A stretch of DNA of 64,000 bases from Planctomycetota bacterium (GCA_965248445.1 CBDFJG010000001.1:128001-192000); one strand, 5' to 3'. Counted from the first letter of the stretch, positions 49,971 to 59,887 are shown. Notes: generated from the letters alone by a model not told the origin. Translations and numbers: made by a program.

Positions 49971-51901
49971 GAACGCGGTGCGCCGCCTCCACTGTCGTCG
50001 TGGGGCTCGCTCTCGCCGCCTGCAGGGTCGTGCCGGTGGACGACAACCGCGCGCCGATGCCGTTCCGCATCGAGAGCGTGCTCGACGACTACGCCCGCCA
50101 GAACCCGGACGGCGCGGCGCCGCTCGCTCCCCCTACCCCCACAACCGCCCGGGCGACAACCCCGGACGGCCGCGCGGACGCGGACACGGCGCAGCGCCCC
50201 GCGGTGCGAGAGCAACTCGAATACGGACCGCTCGGGTACGCACGACCCGGCGATGCACCCGCGACGCGAACGCCCCGCGATCTCTTCGAGAACGAGTCGA
50301 CGCGGCCCGATCGGTGGCGGGTCGGCATGCCCGCATGGGAGCGCGGCTCGAAGTCCGACTCGCCGTACGACCAGGGTTCGTGGTGGGACCCCTACCACCA
50401 GAACGTCCTGAAGGGCGACTACCCGCTGCCGGGTACGCAGAACACGTTCATGCTGCTCGAGGCCACGTCGCTCAGCCTCGCCGAGTCGCGCAAGGTGCCG
50501 ACGCCGACGAGCGTGTTCCCGCGCGGCGCGAACGATGCTGCGTTCTTCGGGAAGCCACACCAGACGCTCCTCGCGGAGACGGTTCAGGTGACGCTCGACC
50601 TGTTCCAAGGTGAGACGGCCTTCAAGCCCGTCGACTGGCGCCTGCTGGTGCGGGGCGCGTTCAACTGGAACCACGCTACGGCCCGGGAGAACGTGGCGCT
50701 GTTCGCGGATCCGGCGCGCGGCGGACGACGCACGGATCGTCACGCGGCGTTGCAACAGGCCTTCGTGGAGACGACGATCGCCTCCGTCAGCGACAAGTAC
50801 GACGTCATCCAGGCTCGCCTGGGCACGCAGCAGTTCAACAGCGACTTCAAGGGCTTCCTGTTCCGTGACGAAGCGCTCGGGGCGCGTCTGTTCGGCAGCC
50901 TCGATGACAACCGGTGGCTGTGGAACGCCGCGTACTTCCGTCGCTGGGACAAGGACACGAACAGCGGCCTGAACACATTCGACTCGATCAAGCAGGACAT
51001 CTTCCTCGTCAACCTGTACCGCCAGGACGTGCTGCAGATGCTCCTGCCGCGCTCCGAGAGTAAGGAGTGGTCGAAGGGGCTCACCGCCCAGCTCTCGTAC
51101 CACCACTTCAGCGACGACGAGTCCGTGCACTACGACGAGAACGACTTCCTGGTGCGCCCGCGAGCCGTCGGCACCGTCGCGCCGAGCCGGCGCTCGATCG
51201 ACTACGTCGGGTTCAACATGGACGGTCACGTGGACCGCCTGAACATCACGTCTTCGCTGTACCACGCTTCGGGCAACGCGACTCTCGATGAGATCGCCGG
51301 CCGCGAGGTCGATGTCGACGCGATGATGGCTGCACTCGAGCTGTCCGTCGACGTCGACTGGATGCGCTTCCGCGTGTTCGGGTTCTACCAGCAGGGCGAT
51401 GAGGACCCGTTCGACGGCGACGGCGAAGGGTTCGACGCGATCTTCGATGCGCCGGTGTTCGCGGGTGGCGAGTTCTCGTTCTGGAACCGGAACACGATTC
51501 GTCTGACCGGGAGCGGAGTCGGTCTGATGCAGCGGTTCAGCCTGCTCAACTCCCTCCGCAGCAGCAAGGACCAGGGGGCGCCGTCCTACGTCAACCCGGG
51601 GCTGATCCTCGGAGGAGTCGGGTACGACGCTCAGCTGACCCCGCACATCAAGCTGATCACCAACGCGTCCTACCTGCGCTTCGACCACACGAATTCGATC
51701 CAGTACGTCCTGAACCAGGACTCCATCGGCAGTGAGATCGGCTACGACCTCTCTGCCGGTGTGGTCTGGCGTCCCTTGCTCACCGACAACGTGATCGTCA
51801 AGGGCGGCGTCAGTGCGCTCGTCCCCGGTACCGGTTTCCGCGACGTGTTCACGGCGGACACGCTCTACGCCGGCTTCCTGGAGGTCATCCTCACGTGGTG
51901 A
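49967..51901 (+). CDS. Putative outer-membrane beta-barrel protein with lipoprotein-type signal
   Basis: Lipobox LAAC; many alternating amphipathic strands; C-terminal YAGFLEVILTW with terminal aromatic; ATGA overlap with the upstream gene. Confidence 0.72.
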   Translation: MRTRCAASTVVVGLALAACRVVPVDDNRAPMPFRIESVLDDYARQNPDGAAPLAPPTPTTARATTPDGRADADTAQRPAVREQLEYGPLGYARPGDAPATRTPRDLFENESTRPDRWRVGMPAWERGSKSDSPYDQGSWWDPYHQNVLKGDYPLPGTQNTFMLLEATSLSLAESRKVPTPTSVFPRGANDAAFFGKPHQTLLAETVQVTLDLFQGETAFKPVDWRLLVRGAFNWNHATARENVALFADPARGGRRTDRHAALQQAFVETTIASVSDKYDVIQARLGTQQFNSDFKGFLFRDEALGARLFGSLDDNRWLWNAAYFRRWDKDTNSGLNTFDSIKQDIFLVNLYRQDVLQMLLPRSESKEWSKGLTAQLSYHHFSDDESVHYDENDFLVRPRAVGTVAPSRRSIDYVGFNMDGHVDRLNITSSLYHASGNATLDEIAGREVDVDAMMAALELSVDVDWMRFRVFGFYQQGDEDPFDGDGEGFDAIFDAPVFAGGEFSFWNRNTIRLTGSGVGLMQRFSLLNSLRSSKDQGAPSYVNPGLILGGVGYDAQLTPHIKLITNASYLRFDHTNSIQYVLNQDSIGSEIGYDLSAGVVWRPLLTDNVIVKGGVSALVPGTGFRDVFTADTLYAGFLEVILTW

Positions 51902-54900
51902 GCTCACGGATCGCGCTACCGGTCGCCATCGTCGCCCTCGCCGCGACGGGCCTCGGTGCATGCCTCGGCATCGGACGCTTCATCGACGATCTGCCGCCGC
52001 CGCCCGGCACGATCTGGACCTCGCACGCGCAACTCCCCACCACCAACGACGTGGACGCGGGTCTGATGTCGCAAAGCGCGCAGGTAGCGGACGAGAAGAG
52101 CGTCGGCTGCCTCACCTGCCACGATGGCGTCGAGAAGCCGCACGCATCGCAGATCGTGCGGCTCGGCTGCACGGACTGTCATGGCGGCGACGCCGTAGCG
52201 ACGACGAAGGAGCTTGCGCACATCAGTTCCGGTGACCGGCAGCGGGACAACGCGGCGACGACACCGGCGGACGACAACGCGGATTGGCTACGGCAGAGGT
52301 TCGAGTACGTCCGCTTCGTCAACCCCGGCGACCTGCGCGTGGCGGAGTCGACGTGCGGCCACTGCCACGAACAGCACACGTACAACACGCGCAAGAGCAT
52401 GATGGCGCACGGCGCGATGCTCTGGGGCGCAGCGCTCTACAACAACGGCAGCTTCCCACTCAAGCGTCCGCGGTTCGGCGCAGCGTACGACCGCTACGGA
52501 TTCCCGTCGCGCATCCGCACGGTTCCGCCGCCGACTGACGCCGAGGTGGCCCGCGGCGTGCTCGCATACCTGGATCCGTTGCCTCGCTACAACGTCACGC
52601 AGATGGGGAACGTCCTCCGCGTGTTCGAGCGCGGACAGCGGCGCCCCCTCGAGCTGGCCAACCCCAACGCGGAAGAGGAGGCCGGCCTGCCGGCCCGGCG
52701 CTTCAGCCAGCGAGGACTCGGCACGCTGCTGCGCACGGACCCCGTGTGGCTCGGCCTGCTGAAGACACGCTTGCTCGACCCAATGTTGTGGAAGCCGGGG
52801 ACGAACGATCACCCCGGCGACTACCGCCAGTCCGGATGCACTGCCTGCCACATGGTGTACGCCAACGACCGCGACCCCGCGCACTCCGGCCCCTACGCCG
52901 TGCACGGCAACCGCGGCCGCTACGCGGGCGGCGATCCGACCATCTCCAAGGAGGAGAGCGGGCATCCGATCTCGCATCGCATGACCCGCGCGATCCCGAG
53001 CAGCCAGTGCATGGTCTGCCACATGCACCCCGGCACGAACATGCTCACGACGTACTACGGCGACCTGTGGTGGGACAACGAGACGGACGGCGCGCAGCTC
53101 TACCACGGCGCCGGCCGGGAGCCGGATAGCGCGGAAGTCCACACGATCCAGCAGCGTAATCCGGAGGGCGCCGCCCTGCGCGGCCGCTGGAGCGATCCGG
53201 AGTTCCTCGCCGAGATCACCCGGCTGAACTCGGAACTGCGCAACATGCAGCTGTCCGACTACCACGGGCACGGCTGGCTGTACCGCAAGGTGTGGAAGAA
53301 GAGCCGCAAGGGTGACCTGCTGGACGCCGGTGGCAACGTCATCGACCCCACCGACCCGGAGAAGTGGAAGAAGGCGGTCCACCTGAAGGACATCCATCTC
53401 GAACGCGGGATGCACTGCGTCGACTGCCACTTCACGCAGGACGTGCACGGCGACGGGAAGCTCTACGGGGAGCCCCGAGCGGCGACGGAGATCACCTGCA
53501 TCGACTGCCACGGCACGACGCAGGCGCGCACCAACCTCGTGACGTCCGGGCCGGCCGGGGGAAACGACCTGCGCCAATCGCGGGTGGGCTTCGGCAAGCG
53601 GTTTTTCTACCGCGAGGGGCGGCTCTACCAGCGCTCGCAGCTCGACGACGACCTCCTGTGGATCGTCCCGCAGGTGATCGACTCCGTGGACCCGGCGCTG
53701 GCATCGGCGCAGTACACCGTCCCCGGCCGCCCGGCTCGGCAGATCTACAACGAGCGCGCGCGCTACGCCAAGACGGTGCAGAAGGACGGACGCACGTGGG
53801 GCGATGCATCCGCCGCCGGCTCGTTCGCCCACTCCGACGACGCGATGACCTGCCAGGCGTGCCACACGTCATGGACGACGTCGTGCTTCGGTTGCCACCT
53901 CCCCATGCAGGCGAACACGCGCAAGGACAGCCGGCACTTCGAGGGCGACCAGTCGCGAAACTGGGTCGGCTACAACTTCCAGGTGCTGCGCGACGCGGCG
54001 TACATGCTGGCCGTCGACGGATCCGTTACCGGGAACCGGGTCAGCCCGGCGCGATCGGCGTGTGCCGTCGTGGTCGGCTCGCAGAACCAGAACCGTGAGT
54101 GGATCTACTCGCAGCAGCAGACCGTCAGTGCGGAGGGCTTCAGCGGACACGCATTCTCGACGTACGTCCCCCACACGGTGCGCACGCGCGAGACCAAGCA
54201 GTGCACGGACTGCCACGTCTCCGAGGCCGACGACAACAACGCGATCATGGCGCAGTTGCTCTTACAGGGCACGAACTTCACGAACTTCATGGGCCGCTTC
54301 TGCTACGTGGGTTGCGGTGAGGCGGGCTTCTACGCCGTGGTCGTCTCGGAGCGCGACGAGCCGCAAGCCGTGTACGGGAGCACCCTGCACCGCGACGCGT
54401 TCCCGGATCGCTTCGCGCGCTTCGTCGAGCAGAAGGGGAGAAAGCTCGACGAGGCGTACCACCACGGAGGCACCGACACGCAGTCGCTCCAGCTCCGTGG
54501 CGAGTATCTCTACGCGGCCGAGGGCGCAGGCGGGCTGTACCTGTACGACGTCGCCAACGTGGACAACAAGGGGTTCAGCGAGCGCATCACGACTTCGATC
54601 ATCTCGCCGCTCGGCCAGCGCTTCTTCGTGGAGACGAAAGACGCGCGCTCGGTGGCCAGCCCCTCCACGCTCGCGATCGATCCGACCCGTCCGCAACGTC
54701 CCGAGAACGAGGAGCAGAGCGTCCACCCGCTGTACGCCTTCCTATACGTCGCGGACGCGCAGGAGGGGCTGATCATGGTCGGCGCCGCGTCGCTCCTCGA
54801 CGGCGATCCTGCGAACAACTTCGTAGAGCGCGACGTGGTGTTCAACCCGGACGGCCTGCTCGACGGCGCTCGATACGTGACGGTCACCGGGCAGTGGTGC

Positions 54901-55635
54901 TGGGTGGCCTGCGACCGCGGCCTGGTGCTGCTCGACCTCGGCGCGATCTCGCTGGGCGATCCCGCCCCCCGCGTGGCCGCCACGTTCGAGGACCTGAAGG
55001 GCGTGACCTGCGTGCAGGTGCAGTTCCGGTATGCGTTCGTCACGGATGCCGCCGGGCTGAAGATCCTCGACGTCACGTCGCCGGAGCAGTCCGCGGTCGT
55101 GGCGTCCGTCGCCATCGGGCCATGCAACGACGTTTACGTGGCACGAACGTACGCATACGTCTCCGCGCTCGAGAAAGGGCTCGTGATCGTTGACGTCGAG
55201 CGGCCGAGAGAGCCGGCGGTCGATCAGGTGTTCACGGCCGGCGGCGCGCTGAACGACGTCCGCATGTGCCGCATCGCGATGACGAACGCATCGCTGTTTG
55301 CATACGTCGCGGACGGGAAGAACGGCCTCCGCGTGCTCCAGCTCACCGCGCCCGAAACCGTCCCCCAGTTCGCCGGCTTCTCGCCACGGCCGATGCCGAA
55401 GCTGATCGCGACGTTCGAGACCCCCGCGCCCGCGAAGTCGCTCAGTAAGGCGCTCGACCGCGACCGCGCGGTGGACGAGAGCGGACATCAGATCGCGGTC
55501 TTCGGGCGACTCGGCGCCCGACCTCTGAACGCCGAGGAACAGCGGCGGCTCTACCTTCAGCGTGGCCAGATCTTCACCGTGCGCGACACGCCGCCGGAGA
55601 AGCCGCTGCCGAATCGCCGCCCCGACAGGCGATAG
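51898..55635 (+). CDS. Decaheme c-type cytochrome lipoprotein with C-terminal LVIVD-repeat beta-propeller
   Basis: Lipobox LGAC; 10 CxxCH (CLTCH, CTDCH, CGHCH, CTACH, CMVCH, CVDCH, CIDCH, CQACH, CFGCH, CTDCH); repeats YLYAAEG, YVAD, GLKILDV, GLVIVDV. Start at 51895 or 51898. Confidence 0.92.
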   Translation: MSSRIALPVAIVALAATGLGACLGIGRFIDDLPPPPGTIWTSHAQLPTTNDVDAGLMSQSAQVADEKSVGCLTCHDGVEKPHASQIVRLGCTDCHGGDAVATTKELAHISSGDRQRDNAATTPADDNADWLRQRFEYVRFVNPGDLRVAESTCGHCHEQHTYNTRKSMMAHGAMLWGAALYNNGSFPLKRPRFGAAYDRYGFPSRIRTVPPPTDAEVARGVLAYLDPLPRYNVTQMGNVLRVFERGQRRPLELANPNAEEEAGLPARRFSQRGLGTLLRTDPVWLGLLKTRLLDPMLWKPGTNDHPGDYRQSGCTACHMVYANDRDPAHSGPYAVHGNRGRYAGGDPTISKEESGHPISHRMTRAIPSSQCMVCHMHPGTNMLTTYYGDLWWDNETDGAQLYHGAGREPDSAEVHTIQQRNPEGAALRGRWSDPEFLAEITRLNSELRNMQLSDYHGHGWLYRKVWKKSRKGDLLDAGGNVIDPTDPEKWKKAVHLKDIHLERGMHCVDCHFTQDVHGDGKLYGEPRAATEITCIDCHGTTQARTNLVTSGPAGGNDLRQSRVGFGKRFFYREGRLYQRSQLDDDLLWIVPQVIDSVDPALASAQYTVPGRPARQIYNERARYAKTVQKDGRTWGDASAAGSFAHSDDAMTCQACHTSWTTSCFGCHLPMQANTRKDSRHFEGDQSRNWVGYNFQVLRDAAYMLAVDGSVTGNRVSPARSACAVVVGSQNQNREWIYSQQQTVSAEGFSGHAFSTYVPHTVRTRETKQCTDCHVSEADDNNAIMAQLLLQGTNFTNFMGRFCYVGCGEAGFYAVVVSERDEPQAVYGSTLHRDAFPDRFARFVEQKGRKLDEAYHHGGTDTQSLQLRGEYLYAAEGAGGLYLYDVANVDNKGFSERITTSIISPLGQRFFVETKDARSVASPSTLAIDPTRPQRPENEEQSVHPLYAFLYVADAQEGLIMVGAASLLDGDPANNFVERDVVFNPDGLLDGARYVTVTGQWCWVACDRGLVLLDLGAISLGDPAPRVAATFEDLKGVTCVQVQFRYAFVTDAAGLKILDVTSPEQSAVVASVAIGPCNDVYVARTYAYVSALEKGLVIVDVERPREPAVDQVFTAGGALNDVRMCRIAMTNASLFAYVADGKNGLRVLQLTAPETVPQFAGFSPRPMPKLIATFETPAPAKSLSKALDRDRAVDESGHQIAVFGRLGARPLNAEEQRRLYLQRGQIFTVRDTPPEKPLPNRRPDRR

Positions 55636-55745
55636 CTCCTCATCGCACGAGGCTCGCGCATTCCGTCGAGCACGCGGACCAGCGGGGGCCTGAATTCGCC
55701 GGGAACCGTATAGTGACGCTCCGCGTCCCGTACGTGGGAGGAAGC

Positions 55746-57311
55746 ATGCGCACCGCCGTCATCTCCATCGCCCTCTTGTTCGCCGCGGTCCCCGCGACGG
55801 TCGGGTCGCCCCCTGCGGTGTTCGCGGCGCCGGCCGAGCTCGACCGGGCGCGCGCCCTCGTCAAGGAGGCCCAGCCTCACGTTGAGAAGGCGATGAACCC
55901 GGACAACGACGCCGCCACGCGCAAGAAGGGCCGCAAGGCGGCGTACAAGCTGCTCAAGGAAGCGCGCCGCCTCTTCGACACGCATCTCGACTCGAACCCC
56001 GGCCAGACCGGCTCGCTGGACAGCGAGTACTGCTCGATCTCCTCGAACATCTACTGGATCAAGAAGTTCGCGACGCTGAACGAGTTCCGCGGAGCCGACA
56101 AGGACCGTCCGGTCGAGCTTCCCGGCACGAAGAAGGCCGAGGACACCGGCAGCGGGGGCGACGGAATCGGCGGCACGTCCAGCCGGGACGACCCGCCGGC
56201 GAAAAAGCCGCCCGTCGACGATCCCCCGCCGCACGACGACCCGCCACCTCAGCCCCCGACCGAAGACGATCCGCCCGACGAGGGCCCAACCGTCGTGAAG
56301 CCGCCCCCCGAGGATCCGGCAGTGCTGCGCGCACAGGAAGCACGCGACGTCCTCGAGGCAATCGAGGCGGAGGAAGCCAAGCGCCCGGGCGACGTCGCCC
56401 ACGCGCACGCGCTCTACGAGAAGTTCCTGTTCGAGTTCGACGATCCGACTCTTCCGGAGTACCAGAAGGCGGCTCTCAAGCTCGGCGCGCTGACCGATCG
56501 CATGAAGGTCGTGCTCAAAGAGGAGTCCGGCGTCGATCCGGACGACTTCGACGTGAGGGACAGCGCCGAAGTCACGCGCGTCGTCAAGAGTCTCACGAAG
56601 ATGCTGAAGAAGGGCAGCGACGAGGACCGTCGCAAGGCGGCAGAGCTCCTCGGCAAGCTCGGCACCGGCGCCGCCGGCTTCCCCCTCGTGAACGTGCTGC
56701 GGGACAAGGACCCCGAGGTCGCGCGGCTCGCGGCGGACGGGCTCGTCGCCATCGGCGGCCGGCGCGTGGCCGTGAATCTCACGAAGACCTACCGCGGCAA
56801 GAAGCCCGAGGCCGAGATGGCCGCGCTCGACGTGCTACGTCGCATCTGCGCGAAGGGCGACGTCGACGCACGCTCGGTCAGCGAGCAACTCGGCCGCTTC
56901 ATGCTGTCCAACACCTCGAAGGTTGCGGAGGGCGCGCTCGACGCGTTGATCGGACTGGGCGAGGCGGGCGGGCCCGGACTGTTGGAGGCGCTCGAGACGC
57001 GCAACGTCATGAAGCGAGTGGCGATCATGGAGGCACTCGGCCAGATCAAGTACTACAAGTCCGCCACTCAAATGACGCGCTTCCTGCTGCTCGGCGACGC
57101 GCAGAAGACCAGGATGCAGCGCAAGGCCGCGTTCGAGTCAGTGAAGGCCATGGGCAAGCCCGCCATCCCCTACTTGATCCCGGGCCTCAAGGACAAGCGC
57201 ACGAAGGGGTGGACCGCGAGGGCGCTGCGCGAGATCAGCGGCGTGACTCTCTCGTCGCGGCCGCGCGCGTGGCAGAAGTGGTGGGAGGAGAACGGCGGCG
57301 CGGCCGAGTAG
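55746..57311 (+). CDS. Secreted HEAT-repeat protein (paralog A)
   Basis: GGAGG SD; signal peptide; Pro/Asp linker; HEAT repeats; WQKWW terminus. Confidence 0.82.
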   Translation: MRTAVISIALLFAAVPATVGSPPAVFAAPAELDRARALVKEAQPHVEKAMNPDNDAATRKKGRKAAYKLLKEARRLFDTHLDSNPGQTGSLDSEYCSISSNIYWIKKFATLNEFRGADKDRPVELPGTKKAEDTGSGGDGIGGTSSRDDPPAKKPPVDDPPPHDDPPPQPPTEDDPPDEGPTVVKPPPEDPAVLRAQEARDVLEAIEAEEAKRPGDVAHAHALYEKFLFEFDDPTLPEYQKAALKLGALTDRMKVVLKEESGVDPDDFDVRDSAEVTRVVKSLTKMLKKGSDEDRRKAAELLGKLGTGAAGFPLVNVLRDKDPEVARLAADGLVAIGGRRVAVNLTKTYRGKKPEAEMAALDVLRRICAKGDVDARSVSEQLGRFMLSNTSKVAEGALDALIGLGEAGGPGLLEALETRNVMKRVAIMEALGQIKYYKSATQMTRFLLLGDAQKTRMQRKAAFESVKAMGKPAIPYLIPGLKDKRTKGWTARALREISGVTLSSRPRAWQKWWEENGGAAE

Positions 57312-57318
57312 CGAGAGC

Positions 57319-58893
57319 ATGATTCACCGCGCCGCGCTGCTTGCCCTCCTACTGCTTCCGGCAGTCACGCTGACGCAGGCCGTCGCACCGCGCACCGTTC
57401 TCGCCGCGCCCGCAGAACTCGATCAGGCGCGCGCGATGGTGAAGCAGGCGCAGCCCCACCTCGAGCTAGCGATGAACCCGGACAACAGTCCGGCCGACCG
57501 CAAGAAGGGACGGAAGGCGGCATACAAGCTGCTCAAGGAAGCCCGCCGGCTGTTCGACACGTACCTGGACGCAAGCCCGGGCCAGACCGATTCGCTCGAC
57601 AGCGAGTACTGCTCGGTCTCCGCGAACCTCTACTGGATCAAGAAGTTCGCCACTCTGAACGAGTTCAGGGGCGGCTCGGACGACCGCGTCGTCGAACTCC
57701 CTCCCGTCAAGAGCACCGGCGCCGGAGAAGACGACGCCGACGACGACGCGGGGGGAATCGGCGGCGCATCCGACACGCCGACGCCGCCGGTCGAGGACGA
57801 CCCGCCGGGCAAGGACGAACCACCCCCCGTCACCGACGAGCCTCCGCCGGCAACCGAGGACGAAGTCGTCGCTCCAGTGCTCGATGCGGAGGCACTACGC
57901 GCAACGCAAGCGCGCGAGGTGTTCGCGGCGCTCCAGCAAGAAGAGGCGCGGCGGCCCGCGGACGTCGCGCACCTGCACGCGCTGTACGAGAAGTTCCTGT
58001 TCGAGTACGACGATCCGACGCTGCCCGAGTACCAGAAGGCGGCGCTGAAGCTCGGCGCCCTGACGGATCGCATGCGCGTGGTGCTCAAGGAAGAGTCCGG
58101 CGTCGATCCCGACGACTTCGACGCGAAGGACAGCGCCGAGGTCACGCGCGTCGTGAAGCGTCTCTCCGACATGCTGCGGAGCAGGGAACAGGAGGACCGC
58201 CGCCGAGCCTCCGCACTGCTGGGCAAGCTGGGCAGCGGCGCCGCGGGCTTCCCGCTGGCGAAGGTGCTGTTCGACAAGGATGAGGTCGTTGCAAAGAACG
58301 CCGCCGACGGACTCGTTGCGATCGGCGGGAAGCGCGTGGCCGAGAACCTGACCAAGCTCTACCACGGCAAGAGCGCGGAACATCAGGCCGCTGCGGTCGA
58401 TGTGCTGAGCCGCATCTGCGCGAAGGGCGACGTCGACGGGCGCTCGGTCGCGCATTGGCTCGGACGCTTCGTGCTCTCGAACGACGACGCCGTCTCGGGT
58501 GCTGCGCTCACGAGTCTCGGTTCGCTCGGCAGAGCCGGAGTCGACGGGCTGCTCGAGGGACTCAAGACGAAGAGCACCGAAAAGCGGGTCGACGTCATCC
58601 GCGCGCTCGGCGACACGGGTTTCGTCCCGGCCACGCGGAAGATCGCGCTCTATCTGTTGCCGGGCAGCACGGAACGCGCTGGGATGCAACGCAACGCGGC
58701 CTTCGAAGCGCTCGACAAGTTCGGACTGCCGGCCGTGCCCTATCTCATCCCGATGCTGAAGGACGGCAAGCGCAAGGTCGAGATCCGCAATGCGCTCACC
58801 CGCCTGACCGGACAGCGCTTCTCCGCCGCCCGCCCCGGTGACTGGCAGAAGTGGTGGAAGCGCGTCGGCAGCAAGCAGGTCGAGTCGAAGTGA
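57319..58893 (+). CDS. Secreted HEAT-repeat protein (paralog B)
   Basis: Long blocks identical to paralog A (RKKGRKAAYKLLKEARRLFDT, YWIKKFATLNEFRG, DDPTLPEYQKAALKLGALTDRM). Confidence 0.82.
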   Translation: MIHRAALLALLLLPAVTLTQAVAPRTVLAAPAELDQARAMVKQAQPHLELAMNPDNSPADRKKGRKAAYKLLKEARRLFDTYLDASPGQTDSLDSEYCSVSANLYWIKKFATLNEFRGGSDDRVVELPPVKSTGAGEDDADDDAGGIGGASDTPTPPVEDDPPGKDEPPPVTDEPPPATEDEVVAPVLDAEALRATQAREVFAALQQEEARRPADVAHLHALYEKFLFEYDDPTLPEYQKAALKLGALTDRMRVVLKEESGVDPDDFDAKDSAEVTRVVKRLSDMLRSREQEDRRRASALLGKLGSGAAGFPLAKVLFDKDEVVAKNAADGLVAIGGKRVAENLTKLYHGKSAEHQAAAVDVLSRICAKGDVDGRSVAHWLGRFVLSNDDAVSGAALTSLGSLGRAGVDGLLEGLKTKSTEKRVDVIRALGDTGFVPATRKIALYLLPGSTERAGMQRNAAFEALDKFGLPAVPYLIPMLKDGKRKVEIRNALTRLTGQRFSAARPGDWQKWWKRVGSKQVESK

Positions 58894-58933
58894 ACGGCTC
58901 CGCGGACGCGCTCCGTTGCTCCGATCTCGTCTG

Positions 58934-59887
58934 CTAGGGCCTCGTGCACTCCTGGATCTGCACGTTCTCGTTGAGCGGCGCCTCGCAGAAGGCCGAGTAC
59001 CACGCGAGCGCGTGGATCCGCTCCGCCTCGTCGTCGTCGTGCAGCGTCAACACCACGCGCGCGTCGGTGCCATCGACACCGAGCCTGCGGACATGCTCGT
59101 CGCCGTCTCCGAACTCCAGCTGGAATCCCGTCAGCAGGGGAATGCTCCCTCGCCAGATCCGGTTCAAGGGCACGTCGATCCGCGGACCTGGAACGGGCGC
59201 CAGGAAGTCCGTTCCGGCGATCGTCGCGCGTGTCGTCCAGCTCCTCGGGAAGAGGATGTAACTCAACTCGATGTCGAATCGCTCTGCGCCGTCATCGTCC
59301 TGGCACGCGGCCCTGATGACGCGCGTACCAGATGCCGCATGGCGTCCCCACGGCCGGATCCCGATCTTGCGGAGGTTGTTCTCCCCGTCCGGGAAGTTGA
59401 ACCGGAAGCCGGTGATGACGAAGACGCTGTCGGGTTCGTCGCGAATCGTCAGATCGCACGTCGACGTGCAGCTCGTGCCCGACGCGAACTGCTGCACCCC
59501 GTAGGAGCTGTCCTCGGGCAAGCCGAAGAACACGCGGCTGCCTTCGCTCCAGCGGAAGTACCGCGCGCTCCCCGCCATCCGGTCGCCGCCATCGCCGTCC
59601 TTCAGTTCAAGGTGGAAGGCGTCGCTCCCGCCGCGCCGCGCGCCCACGCCGATGGACCACAGGGGGCGGTCTCCGCCGGCGAAGCTCAGGTCGAAGCTCT
59701 GGAGCAGCGGCACGAACCCGCCGAGTTCGTCGGTCTCACTCCCCGTCGGGGAGTCGACCGTGACCGTGCATCCGCCGGCGCAAGCGCGGGACACAGCGCA
59801 CGCGGGGAGCGCCCCGAGCAGAGCCACGGCGGCGAGCGCCGCGATAGCCCGCGGCACACGAATCTTCCGACGTCTCGACGATCCCAT
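58934..59887 (-). CDS. Putative lipoprotein with three internal beta-rich repeats
   Basis: Hydrophobic stretch + LPAC; repeats LLQSFDLSFAGGDRPL, VITGFRFNFPDGENNL, LLTGFQLEFGDGDEHV. Confidence 0.65.
   Translation of the reverse strand: MGSSRRRKIRVPRAIAALAAVALLGALPACAVSRACAGGCTVTVDSPTGSETDELGGFVPLLQSFDLSFAGGDRPLWSIGVGARRGGSDAFHLELKDGDGGDRMAGSARYFRWSEGSRVFFGLPEDSSYGVQQFASGTSCTSTCDLTIRDEPDSVFVITGFRFNFPDGENNLRKIGIRPWGRHAASGTRVIRAACQDDDGAERFDIELSYILFPRSWTTRATIAGTDFLAPVPGPRIDVPLNRIWRGSIPLLTGFQLEFGDGDEHVRRLGVDGTDARVVLTLHDDDEAERIHALAWYSAFCEAPLNENVQIQECTRP

Noticed and set aside
51898..55635. Assignment to MtrA/DmsE, hydroxylamine oxidoreductase or hydrazine synthase
   Set aside because: Heme number alone fits MtrA, but size, heme spacing and the LVIVD domain do not; no HAO/HZS-specific features were recognised.
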